A stretch of 64,000 bases of DNA from an uncultured Prolixibacteraceae bacterium (GTDB lineage: Bacteria; Bacteroidota; Bacteroidia; Bacteroidales; FEN-979). The notes below the pieces were generated by a model. That model was not told the DNA's origin. It searched no databases and worked only from the letters and a program-made list of their open reading frames with translations. This document shows positions 48,845 to 57,604 of the stretch, piece by piece (the stretch's first letter is position 1; the number at the start of each line of letters is the position of its first letter). The stretch spans positions 88,615 to 152,614 of the forward strand of contig CAZGIM010000006.1 of assembly GCA_964525995.1 (NCBI GenBank). Direction: 5' to 3'. A program made the position numbers and the translations under genes.

Positions 48845-49936
48845 TCATACATTGAACCGGATATGTAAAATATCGCCGTCGCCGACGATATAATTTTTCC
48901 CTTCCACCATCAGTTTTCCGTGCTCCTTGCAGGCATGTTCTGATTTCAGATTGATAAAATCATCGTATTTCATCACCTCTGCGCGAATGAAACCGCGTTC
49001 AAGATCGCTGTGGATAACTCCGGCAGCCTGTGGCGCTGTCATTCCTTTCTTTATGGTCCAGGCACGCACCTCCTTTGGTCCGGCTGTGAAAAAACATTGC
49101 AGATCGAGGAGGTGGAAGGCCGCTCTTACCAGCCTGTTCACGCCGGGTTCAGTCAGGCCGGCATCGGCAAGAAAAATTTCGCGGTCTTCAGCGCTTTCCA
49201 GCTCTGCGATTTCCGATTCCATCCTGGCGGCGATGACAAGCGTTTCGGCATGCTCACTGGAAACGGAATCGATGAATTTCCGGGCGTAATCATTACCCTT
49301 GGTTGCCGAGGGATCATCGACATTGCATACATATAAAACAGGCTTGAAGCTGAGCAGAAAAAGATCGTCAAAAAATCTCAGGTCTTCCGGAGCTACTGGA
49401 GCTGTCCGGGCCGATTGGAACGATTCAAGGTGGCTCTTCAATGCGTTCAACACCTCTATTCCGCGCCGTGCATCTTTATCGCCGGTCTTGGCCATCTTTT
49501 CCAGCCGGCCAAGTTTCTTCTCCACCGATTCAAGGTCTTTGATCTGAAGCTCTAAATCGACGATCTCCCGGTCGCGCAAAGGATTCACCGACCCTTCGGG
49601 ATGCGGTAACTGCGGGTCATCGAAACAACGGATCACATGAATCAGGGCATCCACATTCCGGATATCCGACAGGAAACGATTCCCTTCGGTTTGACTGCCG
49701 CCTTTCGTCAGTCCGGGGATGTCAACCATCTCGATGGTGGTGTGAACCACCCGTGCCGAATGGATCAGGTTGTCGATCTCATACAATCTCTGGTCGGGGA
49801 CATTCACAATCCCCAGGTTCGACTTGTTTCCGGTAAAAGCAGCGCTGTGTGTCTCTGCGCGGTTGTTGGAGATACAGTTGAAGAGGGTGGTCTTTCCAGA
49901 TCCGGTCAGACCGATGATTCCGCATTTGAGTGACAT
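48845..49936 (-). CDS. ychF: Redox-regulated ATPase YchF
   Basis: It has GIIGLTGSGKTTLFN, the DIPGL and NVDD motifs, and a C-terminal TGS-like domain. The start is set at ATG 49936, 19 nt after a TACCTTTG box. Confidence 0.95.
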   Translation of the reverse strand: MSLKCGIIGLTGSGKTTLFNCISNNRAETHSAAFTGNKSNLGIVNVPDQRLYEIDNLIHSARVVHTTIEMVDIPGLTKGGSQTEGNRFLSDIRNVDALIHVIRCFDDPQLPHPEGSVNPLRDREIVDLELQIKDLESVEKKLGRLEKMAKTGDKDARRGIEVLNALKSHLESFQSARTAPVAPEDLRFFDDLFLLSFKPVLYVCNVDDPSATKGNDYARKFIDSVSSEHAETLVIAARMESEIAELESAEDREIFLADAGLTEPGVNRLVRAAFHLLDLQCFFTAGPKEVRAWTIKKGMTAPQAAGVIHSDLERGFIRAEVMKYDDFINLKSEHACKEHGKLMVEGKNYIVGDGDILHIRFNV

Positions 49937-49955
49937 CGTTGAATTTTTATGGCGA

Positions 49956-49963
49956 CAAAGGTA
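49956..49963 (-). promoter_or_regulatory. Candidate -7 box for ychF
   Basis: The reverse complement is TACCTTTG, 19 nt before ATG 49936. Confidence 0.5.
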
Positions 49964-50007
49964 ATGAATTAGGGAGTAAGAGACTTGAAAGGGTAAATTC
50001 AAGGTTT

Positions 50008-50039
50008 TTTGTAATTTACAAACATTCATTGTACCTTTG
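50008..50039 (+). promoter_or_regulatory. Candidate -33/-7 promoter for rpsA
   Basis: TTTG (50008-50011) is followed by a 20-bp spacer and TACCTTTG (50032-50039). This leaves a 112-nt leader before ATG 50152. Confidence 0.5.
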
Positions 50040-50151
50040 CAGCCCTTTTTTGTCGGGTGAAAAGGGATGACGTTCTTAATTAAATCCCGTACAGTTAATC
50101 AAATGTTTAACCCGGTTAGCGGGAATCCCGCTGCCACAAAGCAATTTTTGA

Positions 50152-52221
50152 ATGAATATTGATGAAATCAATGCCACCCTGGATCAGTCTGTCGAACACA
50201 ATGACGGACCCATGGTCAACGACACTGTTGAAGCTCGTTCTGAAGAGGTGAAACCCACCTCCGATACCGTTGAAGCCACCGACCCTGTTGCAGACCCGGC
50301 CACCGACCCTGTCGCTGTTCCGGCTCCCAAAAAGCATACAGAACCGAAAAGGGTTGTGTTCAGTACCGAATCATTGAAAGATTTTGACTGGGACGCCATC
50401 GGAAAAAAACATGAAGTCTATTCCAATGATGAACGTCGCAAACTCGAAGACACTTACGACCAGACCCTCCGGGCAATCCAGGATCATGAAGTGATAGAAG
50501 GCACCGTGGTTACCATGACCAACCGTGAGGTTATCGTCAACATCGGCTTCAAGAGCGACGGTGTGATCCAGATCAACGAATTCCGTTACAATCCCGAACT
50601 GAAAATCGGTGATAAAGTTGAAGTCTATATCGAAAACCAGGAAGATATCAGCGGACAACTGCTCCTTTCGCACAAAAAGGCGCGTATCCTGAAATCGTGG
50701 GAGCGCATCAACGATGCTTATGAAAAGCAGGAGATCATTAAAGGTTACGTGAAATCGCGTACCAAGGGCGGTCTCATCGTTGACATATTCGGTATCGAAG
50801 CCTTCCTTCCCGGATCACAGATCGATGTGAAACCCATCCGCGACTACGATGTGTTTGTTGACAAAGTGATGGAATTCAAGGTAGTAAAGATCAATCACGA
50901 GTACAAGAATGTGGTAGTTTCGCACAAAGCCCTTATTGAAGACGAACTCGAAGCCCAGAAAGCGGAGATCATCAAGAAACTTGAAAAGGGACAAATTCTC
51001 GAAGGCACGGTCAAGAACATCACCAGCTACGGTGTATTCGTTGACCTGGGCGGAGTTGATGGACTCATCCACATTACCGACCTTTCATGGGGCCGCATAA
51101 ACCATCCTGAAGAGATTGTGAAGCTGGACCAGAAAATCAAAGTTGTAATTCTCGATTTTGATGAAAACAAGAAGCGTATCGCCCTTGGTCTGAAACAGCT
51201 CACCCCGCATCCGTGGGATTCGCTCGATCAGAATCTGAAGATTGGTGACAAAGTAAAAGGCAAGGTGGTTGTGATCGCCGATTACGGTGCATTTGTAGAG
51301 ATTACAACCGGAGTTGAAGGTTTGATCCATGTATCCGAAATGTCTTGGTCGCAGCATCTGCGTACCGCCCATGATTTCCTTAAGGTAGGACAGGAAGTTG
51401 AAGCTGTGATCCTGACCCTCGATCGCGAAGAGCGCAAAATGTCGATGGGTATCAAACAGCTCATCCCCGACCCCTGGGCCAACATCAAGGAGAAGTATCC
51501 GCTGAAATCGAAACACTCCGCTATTGTACGGAACTTCACGAACTTCGGTATTTTCGTAGAGTTAGAGGAAGGGGTTGACGGACTGATCCACATTTCTGAC
51601 CTGAGCTGGTCGAAGAAAATCAAGCACCCGGCCGAATTCACCAAGATCGGCGAGACCATCGAAGTGATCGTTCTCGATGTCGATGTAGAAAACCGCCGGC
51701 TCAGCCTCGGACACAAGCAGCTCGAGGAGAATCCCTGGGATGTTTTCGAAAGCGTATTTGCTGTTGGTTCAGTTCATTTAGGAACCATCGTCAGCATGAG
51801 CGACAAGGGCGCTATTGTAGCGCTGCCATACGGTGTTGAAGGATTTGCCCCACTGCGCCATTTAGGCAAGGAGGATGGTACCCAGGCACGCGAAGAGGAG
51901 GCCCTCGACTTCAAGGTCATCGAGTTTTCGAAGGATAACAAGAAGATCATCCTTTCGCACAGTAAGATCCATCAGGATGCAATATATGCCGAGAAAAACA
52001 AAGAGGCCAAAGCCGGTCTGAAGAAGGAGAAGGATACCAAGAAAGCGGTCAAGAAGCTGAAGGATAATCTGGAGAAGACTACCCTTGGCGACATCGATGC
52101 ACTGGCGAACCTCAAAGCCGACATGGTAAAGGCCGAAGAGTTAGCCCGTGAGCCCAAGCCTGCTGTTGAGGCGCCCAAGGTTGAACCTGAGGCCACACCA
52201 GAAGAGCCTAAGGCTGAATAA
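50152..52221 (+). CDS. rpsA: 30S ribosomal protein S1
   Basis: It has six S1 (OB-fold) repeats (G.V......G..V..G....G..H.S). An acidic Pro-rich N-terminal extension and a Lys/Glu-rich C-tail are present. Confidence 0.95.
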   Translation: MNIDEINATLDQSVEHNDGPMVNDTVEARSEEVKPTSDTVEATDPVADPATDPVAVPAPKKHTEPKRVVFSTESLKDFDWDAIGKKHEVYSNDERRKLEDTYDQTLRAIQDHEVIEGTVVTMTNREVIVNIGFKSDGVIQINEFRYNPELKIGDKVEVYIENQEDISGQLLLSHKKARILKSWERINDAYEKQEIIKGYVKSRTKGGLIVDIFGIEAFLPGSQIDVKPIRDYDVFVDKVMEFKVVKINHEYKNVVVSHKALIEDELEAQKAEIIKKLEKGQILEGTVKNITSYGVFVDLGGVDGLIHITDLSWGRINHPEEIVKLDQKIKVVILDFDENKKRIALGLKQLTPHPWDSLDQNLKIGDKVKGKVVVIADYGAFVEITTGVEGLIHVSEMSWSQHLRTAHDFLKVGQEVEAVILTLDREERKMSMGIKQLIPDPWANIKEKYPLKSKHSAIVRNFTNFGIFVELEEGVDGLIHISDLSWSKKIKHPAEFTKIGETIEVIVLDVDVENRRLSLGHKQLEENPWDVFESVFAVGSVHLGTIVSMSDKGAIVALPYGVEGFAPLRHLGKEDGTQAREEEALDFKVIEFSKDNKKIILSHSKIHQDAIYAEKNKEAKAGLKKEKDTKKAVKKLKDNLEKTTLGDIDALANLKADMVKAEELAREPKPAVEAPKVEPEATPEEPKAE

Positions 52222-52223
52222 CC

Positions 52224-53012
52224 ATGACATTTTCATTCACGGTGTTAGGCAGCAGCGCAGCTGTTGCGGCAAACGACCGGAATCTGAGCGCTCATTTGCT
52301 TAATGCAAATGAGCGCTTTCATTTGATCGACTGCGGGGAGGGAACCCAGTTTCAACTGCGGAAATACCACCTTTCTATCATGCGGATCAAACACATCTAC
52401 ATCAGTCACCTGCATGGCGACCATTTTTTTGGGCTGGTCGGACTGCTCAACACCATGCATTTGCTGGGTCGGTCAGAAGAGCTTACCGTGCATAGCCCCC
52501 CGCAGCTCAGGGAGATCATTGAGATCCAACTCGAAGCCTCGCAGACACGGCTGAAATATCCGGTTCATTACAATATGCTCAGGCCCGATGGGTACCATCT
52601 TGTTTTGGAAGAACCGCGACTCGAAGTGTACAGCTTCCCGCTGAAGCACAGCATCCCAACCTGGGGCTTCATTTTTCGCGAGAAGAATCCTCCGCGTAAA
52701 GTACCGGTAGCGCGTTCATTGGCATATAGTAGCGACACCGTCTGCGATGAAAGCATCGTGCCCTGGATCTCGGATGCACGGCTGCTGTACCACGAAGCGA
52801 CCTTTGCATCGACGATGGAACAAGTAGCCGCCGAAAAATTTCACGCCACGGCAGCTCAGGCAGCCACCATCGCCCTGAAAGCCGGTGTGGCCAAGTTGGT
52901 TATCGGTCATTTCTCGGCCCGGTACGAGGCTGTACAAACCCTGGTTGATGAAGCAAGGGCCATCTTTCCCGAAACCTACGCGGCAGAGGAGGGGAGGGAG
53001 TTGGACATCTGA
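52224..53012 (+). CDS. rnz: Ribonuclease Z-like MBL-fold hydrolase (short form)
   Basis: It has LIDCGEGTQ, HLHGDHFFGL, HEATF and IGHFSARY motifs, as in RNase Z. The protein is only 262 aa. The segment between FREKNPPRK and SLAYSSDT, where RNase Z normally carries the flexible arm, is missing. Confidence 0.75.
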   Translation: MTFSFTVLGSSAAVAANDRNLSAHLLNANERFHLIDCGEGTQFQLRKYHLSIMRIKHIYISHLHGDHFFGLVGLLNTMHLLGRSEELTVHSPPQLREIIEIQLEASQTRLKYPVHYNMLRPDGYHLVLEEPRLEVYSFPLKHSIPTWGFIFREKNPPRKVPVARSLAYSSDTVCDESIVPWISDARLLYHEATFASTMEQVAAEKFHATAAQAATIALKAGVAKLVIGHFSARYEAVQTLVDEARAIFPETYAAEEGRELDI

Positions 53013-53255
53013 AAAACATTTTATCCGGAATATTTCTTATCTTTCTCCCCTGTTACCATTGGAACCATAGGTGAAGAACTCTGGGAAGGAATCTGGTGCA
53101 TGACTGACCCATACACAGGAGGAACCGCACAATTCATATACAACGACGGAACTCAAAATATTAGTGATTTTTGTAAAACTATAACCCGCTGGAAGCTACT
53201 AATAGACCCAGAAACATACATCAACTAAAAACAAAAGGATCATCCAGGCAACCAA

Positions 53256-53651
53256 CTAATCCAGCCTGATCATTGAAGAAATCAGGCGTACCAGCTTTAC
53301 GGTAGGCTCAAACATTTGCATTACGTCATCTTCTTGAAAATCGAAGAAATCGTTATAGTCGCCTTTTTGTCTTTTTTCGTAAAGTGAGGAAAACAACTTG
53401 CCATATTCTTTACCAATTAATCCCTTTTGGATGTATTCCTGTCCGAACTTCAGTCTGCAGCCGGCATGCGAATTGGTTTCGATGTTCTGACTGTAAAGCA
53501 GGGCGCTGACAGCATAATAGGCGGCATAATAGAGACGGTTGACTGCCGTATTCCAGTATTTATGGGCGATCAGTAATTCAGTCTCCTTAATCAACTCTTC
53601 AGAACGGTTGATCCTGTATCTGATGTATTCATTTCTGGAATGCTCCTTCAT
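53256..53651 (-). CDS. HEPN domain protein (toxin-like partner of the upstream nucleotidyltransferase)
   Basis: The ~131-aa all-helical protein has a HEPN-like EKRQKGDYND motif. Its ATG overlaps the stop of the MNT gene (ATGA). Confidence 0.7.
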   Translation of the reverse strand: MKEHSRNEYIRYRINRSEELIKETELLIAHKYWNTAVNRLYYAAYYAVSALLYSQNIETNSHAGCRLKFGQEYIQKGLIGKEYGKLFSSLYEKRQKGDYNDFFDFQEDDVMQMFEPTVKLVRLISSMIRLD

Positions 53652-53971
53652 GCCGAAAGGGTAAGCGCTTCCCGGGCGATGTTTCTGTAAATCGGGGTGA
53701 CTTTGTACTTGCGTTCCCATTCATCCACCGTGTAAAGCATCGGGCTGATGAGGGCTCCTAATTCGAATTCAAGTTCATACAGCGGATCGGTAATCCTCTT
53801 TTCCATTTTGGGAGTGATCCTTTTTGCATCAATCAGGATCAGGAGGTCCCAGTCGGAATCCTCCCGTGCATCGCCGCGTGCCCTTGATCCATAGAGCAAT
53901 ATTTTCGCGTCAGGCGCCTGGTTCCGGACAACAGCGATGATCCTGTTTTTAATCTCGGATTCGGAGGACAT
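53648..53971 (-). CDS. Minimal nucleotidyltransferase (MNT) domain protein
   Basis: It has the pol-beta-type motif LLYGSRARGDAREDSDWDLLILID. The start is set at ATG 53971, 15 nt after a TATATTTG box that lies inside the longer ORF (to 53998). Confidence 0.8.
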   Translation of the reverse strand: MSSESEIKNRIIAVVRNQAPDAKILLYGSRARGDAREDSDWDLLILIDAKRITPKMEKRITDPLYELEFELGALISPMLYTVDEWERKYKVTPIYRNIAREALTLSA

Positions 53972-53986
53972 ATAGGACTGTTTTCG

Positions 53987-53994
53987 CAAATATA
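53987..53994 (-). promoter_or_regulatory. Candidate -7 box for the MNT-HEPN pair
   Basis: The reverse complement is TATATTTG, 15 nt before ATG 53971. Confidence 0.5.
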
Positions 53995-54043
53995 GCAAAA
54001 TTTACGTTATTCTGACCTGGTGATTTGGTTGCTGGATTGCAAT

Positions 54044-54103
54044 CTCGTCCAACTCTATTTCCAACTCCCCGTCCAACTCTTCGTCCAACTCTTCGTCCAT
54101 CCA
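54044..54103. repeat. Five tandem 12-bp units (NNNGTCCAACTC)
   Basis: The units are CTCGTCCAACTC TATTTCCAACTC CCCGTCCAACTC TTCGTCCAACTC TTCGTCCATCCA. They lie in the divergent region between the MNT-HEPN promoter box (53987-53994) and the dcp promoter box (54118-54125). Confidence 0.9.
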
Positions 54104-54117
54104 GTTCCCGTTTTTTT

Positions 54118-54125
54118 TACCTTTG
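54118..54125 (+). promoter_or_regulatory. Candidate -7 box for dcp
   Basis: TACCTTTG lies 25 nt before ATG 54151. Confidence 0.5.
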
Positions 54126-54150
54126 CAGCCGTTCTGTAAATCAATTCCCC

Positions 54151-56457
54151 ATGAGAAAAACGATCACCCTCTTCATCACCATGACCATGACCGCGATTTC
54201 AATGCTCGCCCAAACCGAAAATCCCTTTTTCCGCGAATGGAAGACTCCGTTTGGTGTTCCTCCTTTCGAACAGATACAGAATGATCATTATATGCCAGCC
54301 TTTATGGAGGGAATGAAGCAACAACAGACGGAAATTGAAGCAATTGTGACCAACCCGGAGACGCCAACCTTCGAAAATACCATCGCAGCGCTGGATCGGA
54401 GTGGTGCACTGCTCGATAAAGTCAGTTCTGTGTTTTACGCCTTAAACTCGGCGAACACCAGCGACCAAATGCAGGAGATAGCCCGCCGGTTGTCGCCGCT
54501 GATGTCGAAACATGGTGATGACATCAGCCTGAATCCGGAACTCTTCAAACGGATCAAGGAGGTTTACAAGAGCCCTGAGATGATGAAACTCGCCCCCGAT
54601 CAGCGGCGGCTGGTCGAAGAGACCTACAAAGGATTTGTAAGGAGCGGGGCTAACCTTGGCGATGAAGATAAAGAAAAACTCCGCAATCTGAATAGCGAGA
54701 TCAGCATGTTGCAACTTACTTTCGGACAGAACCTGCTGTCGGAAACCAATGCCTATAAGCTGATCCTCGACCGGGAAGAGTATCTCGAAGGACTTACGAA
54801 AGAGCAGATCAACAGTGCGCTGGAAGCCGGCGCCCGGTCGGAGGCAACCAAAGGCAAATGGGTTTTCACCCTTCAGAATCCCAGTGTGATGCCTTTTTTA
54901 CAATTTTCGGCAAACAGGAAATACCGGGAGCAGGTCTTCAATGCATATATCAGCCGCGGAAACAACAATAACGACAAGGACAACAAGGCCATCATTGCCA
55001 AACTGATCCCGCTCCGCAAGCAGAAAGCCGCGCTGCTGGGTTTTGATTCTTATGTCGCCTATGCTTTGGATGACCGCATGGCGAAAAAGCCTGAAAATGT
55101 TTACAACTTGCTTGATCAGATTTGGATCCCCGCCCTTGAAATGGCACACAGGGAGGCTGGCGATATGCAGGCAATGATCCGGGAAGAGGGTCAGGATTTT
55201 CAACTTGAAGGCTGGGACTGGCGATATTACAGCAACAAGATCATGCAGAAAAAATTTGATTTGAATGAGGAGATCCTGAAACCCTATTTTAAGTTGGATA
55301 ACGTAAGGGAAGGCGTCTTTTATGTTGCCCGGAAGCTATACGGGATCACCTTTACCGAGGTTACCGGGGCACCAAAATACTTCAAGGATGTTAAGCTGTA
55401 CGAATGCAAAGAGGCTGACGGAAGCCATCTTGGCGTGTTGTATTTCGATTTTCATCCCAGGGCCAGCAAGCGGGGAGGAGCCTGGTGCGGCAGTTACCGG
55501 TCGCAAAAGTACGAGAACGGCAAGCGGGTCGCACCCGTCATGACCGTCGTGTGTAATTTCTCAGCCCCTTCGGGCGATCAACCTGCACTTTTGACTCCCG
55601 ATGAAGCAGAGACCTTATTTCACGAATTTGGACACGCGCTTGCCGGTCTGATGAGAAATGTCAGGTATGACGGTATTTCAGGAGTTCCACGCGATTTTGT
55701 CGAACTTCCATCGCAAATAATGGAACACTGGGCCTTCGAACCTGAAGTCCTTAAGGTTTACGCGAAGCATTATCAAACCGGAGCCGTCATCCCTGCCGAA
55801 CTGGTCGAAAAGATCCAGAACAGCAGCAAATTCGGTCAGGGTTTCAAAACAACCGAATATCTTGCCGCATCGTACCTCGATATGGATTATCATTTTCGTT
55901 ATCCGGAAATCAAAGCCGAAGACGCCGTGAAAGAATCTGCAGCAAAGCCTACTTCCGAAGTGCCTGTTTCTAAAGTAAAGACTAAAGAGAAAAGTCCTGA
56001 AATGGTCACTTCCGACCGGGAGGCGACGTCTGCCGAAGAGGTCCGGGAAGGAGCGGATTTCAAAAAAGCTGAAGCGGTGAAGGAGGGTGAGAAGTTTGAT
56101 GAAAAGAATCCGTTGCCGGGGCTCGACGTACTGGCTTTTGAAGCCGCGTCGATGAAAAGGATCGGGCTGATCCCGCAGATTCCGCCGAGATATCGTTCAA
56201 CCTATTTCCAGCATACCATGACCGGCGGGTACACGGCCGGGTATTACAGCTACATCTGGGCCGAAGTCCTCGATGCCGACGCGTTTCAGGCGTTCAAAGA
56301 AAAAGGAGATATTTTCGATAAAGCGACCGCGCAGCGTTTTCGCACCTGCATCCTCGAAAAGGGAGGGTCAAAGGAGGCCATGGAGATGTATGTTGACTTC
56401 AGAGGCCACGAACCTAAGATCGATGCCTTGCTGGAGAACCGGGGACTGAAGGACTAG
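54151..56457 (+). CDS. dcp: M3-family peptidyl-dipeptidase (Dcp-like), secreted
   Basis: It has the zinc motif HEFGHAL and a signal peptide (MRKTITLFITMTMTAISMLAQ). The upstream 42 codons of the ORF track (..PTLRPTLRP..) are translation of a 12-bp tandem repeat and are rejected. Confidence 0.9.
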   Translation: MRKTITLFITMTMTAISMLAQTENPFFREWKTPFGVPPFEQIQNDHYMPAFMEGMKQQQTEIEAIVTNPETPTFENTIAALDRSGALLDKVSSVFYALNSANTSDQMQEIARRLSPLMSKHGDDISLNPELFKRIKEVYKSPEMMKLAPDQRRLVEETYKGFVRSGANLGDEDKEKLRNLNSEISMLQLTFGQNLLSETNAYKLILDREEYLEGLTKEQINSALEAGARSEATKGKWVFTLQNPSVMPFLQFSANRKYREQVFNAYISRGNNNNDKDNKAIIAKLIPLRKQKAALLGFDSYVAYALDDRMAKKPENVYNLLDQIWIPALEMAHREAGDMQAMIREEGQDFQLEGWDWRYYSNKIMQKKFDLNEEILKPYFKLDNVREGVFYVARKLYGITFTEVTGAPKYFKDVKLYECKEADGSHLGVLYFDFHPRASKRGGAWCGSYRSQKYENGKRVAPVMTVVCNFSAPSGDQPALLTPDEAETLFHEFGHALAGLMRNVRYDGISGVPRDFVELPSQIMEHWAFEPEVLKVYAKHYQTGAVIPAELVEKIQNSSKFGQGFKTTEYLAASYLDMDYHFRYPEIKAEDAVKESAAKPTSEVPVSKVKTKEKSPEMVTSDREATSAEEVREGADFKKAEAVKEGEKFDEKNPLPGLDVLAFEAASMKRIGLIPQIPPRYRSTYFQHTMTGGYTAGYYSYIWAEVLDADAFQAFKEKGDIFDKATAQRFRTCILEKGGSKEAMEMYVDFRGHEPKIDALLENRGLKD

Positions 56458-56527
56458 GGGACTGGCGGACAGGCGGACAAGCGGACCAGTGGACTGGTTT
56501 TCCATTTCACTATACCACTATTCCACC
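56458..56527. repeat. GC-rich octamer array followed by AT-rich words, directly after the dcp stop
   Basis: GG GACTGGCG GACAGGCG GACAAGCG GACCAGTG GACTGG is followed by TTTTCCATTTCACTATACCACTATTCCACC. It shares GGACTGGCGGACA with the array at 48542. Confidence 0.85.
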
Positions 56528-56560
56528 AAGGCACCATGGCGCCATCGGACGGGTTTCTCG

Positions 56561-57550
56561 TTACGTTCCTTTTTTCTTCTTCTCCGGTGATGGGAAGAAA
56601 TAACCTTTGCCTTTGAAAAATTGGCGGAACAGGGATTCATTGGCCGATGCAAAAATGCTCTCCCGGTTCATCGACGATTTCACATAATGCCTGCCGGAAG
56701 CGAGGTCAATGGCCCCTTCGATCCTGATGGATGACATATTATTACCTTCTATGGAGAGTTGATACGGGAAAATGCCGGGAACAGTGCGGTTGTCGTCGGC
56801 CATTTCCATGTTTGACGATTGTGACAGGGAACTGATAAAACTTTCGACCCTGGCCGAATCGGCAGGTTTGTCGCCGATCATCCACCGATCGCCGGTCTTA
56901 ACCAGTTGGAAAGAACTGTCGCCTGGATAGGTGAAGCTAAAACGAACCGGGAAAGTCCGGTCAAACCGGGATACCAGCTTATTGCGGTACCGTGCCGACT
57001 GGTCGCCGAACATCATCGATAAAAAGCCGTCGACCACGTAAACTTTCTCATCACCGGCGATCCGGATATGCGATTTAACGATGATATTCTGACCTCTGCC
57101 ATATCCCTGGCCCTGATTTATCTGTGAAAATGAAAGCTTCCCGAGCCTGAAATCGGCCGTGGTCTCATCACCTTCTTTGATAACGACCCGGGTTGCGGCC
57201 GAATCGGTGATTTCGAATTCCTTCCATCCCGAAGGATCGGTGGCTGCAACCCGCTCGGGAATCGCATGGATGACGGTGCTGATGATCTGCCGAATCGATT
57301 GCGTATCGGCCGGGAACGACTGGTCTTTGACACGAATGGTCCAGTTATTACCGGAACCCGATAGGATCATGGCTTCGGAACTGCCTTTCGGATAGATGGA
57401 AATAGATGACACACGGATGGAATCGATGGTGAACAGTTGACTTTTAAAAGTCCGGTCACCCTTATTTCGGTCGTAAAGAAAAACCGCGGCTACCGCGACC
57501 AAAAGCACGATAAAAAGGATCAGCAGGGTCGAATTCTTGATTTTTTTCAT
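56561..57550 (-). CDS. DUF4340-like protein (accessory gene downstream of gldG-type genes)
   Basis: It has an N-terminal TM anchor. It is a 329-aa beta-rich protein in the usual position after GldG-family genes. The family assignment is by context and recollection. Confidence 0.6.
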   Translation of the reverse strand: MKKIKNSTLLILFIVLLVAVAAVFLYDRNKGDRTFKSQLFTIDSIRVSSISIYPKGSSEAMILSGSGNNWTIRVKDQSFPADTQSIRQIISTVIHAIPERVAATDPSGWKEFEITDSAATRVVIKEGDETTADFRLGKLSFSQINQGQGYGRGQNIIVKSHIRIAGDEKVYVVDGFLSMMFGDQSARYRNKLVSRFDRTFPVRFSFTYPGDSSFQLVKTGDRWMIGDKPADSARVESFISSLSQSSNMEMADDNRTVPGIFPYQLSIEGNNMSSIRIEGAIDLASGRHYVKSSMNRESIFASANESLFRQFFKGKGYFFPSPEKKKKGT

Positions 57551-57604
57551 TCTTAAGTGATTTTTACCGAATCGCCTGACGGGATCACCGGCATCATTTC
57601 GGTA

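Noticed and set aside
53013-53228. A stop-codon read-through extension of rnz. The 72 codons after the TGA are open in the same frame and include a 42-codon ATG ORF at 53100.
   Set aside because: The rnz product already ends with the normal family C-terminus (GHFSARY...DI). The extension has no recognisable motif and no read-through context is evident. It is more likely chance or a gene fragment.
54025-54150. A 42-codon N-terminal extension of the dcp ORF (MVAGLQSRPTLFPTPRPTLRPTLRP...).
   Set aside because: It is a translation of the 12-bp tandem repeat and it contains the TACCTTTG promoter box. The signal peptide begins at ATG 54151.
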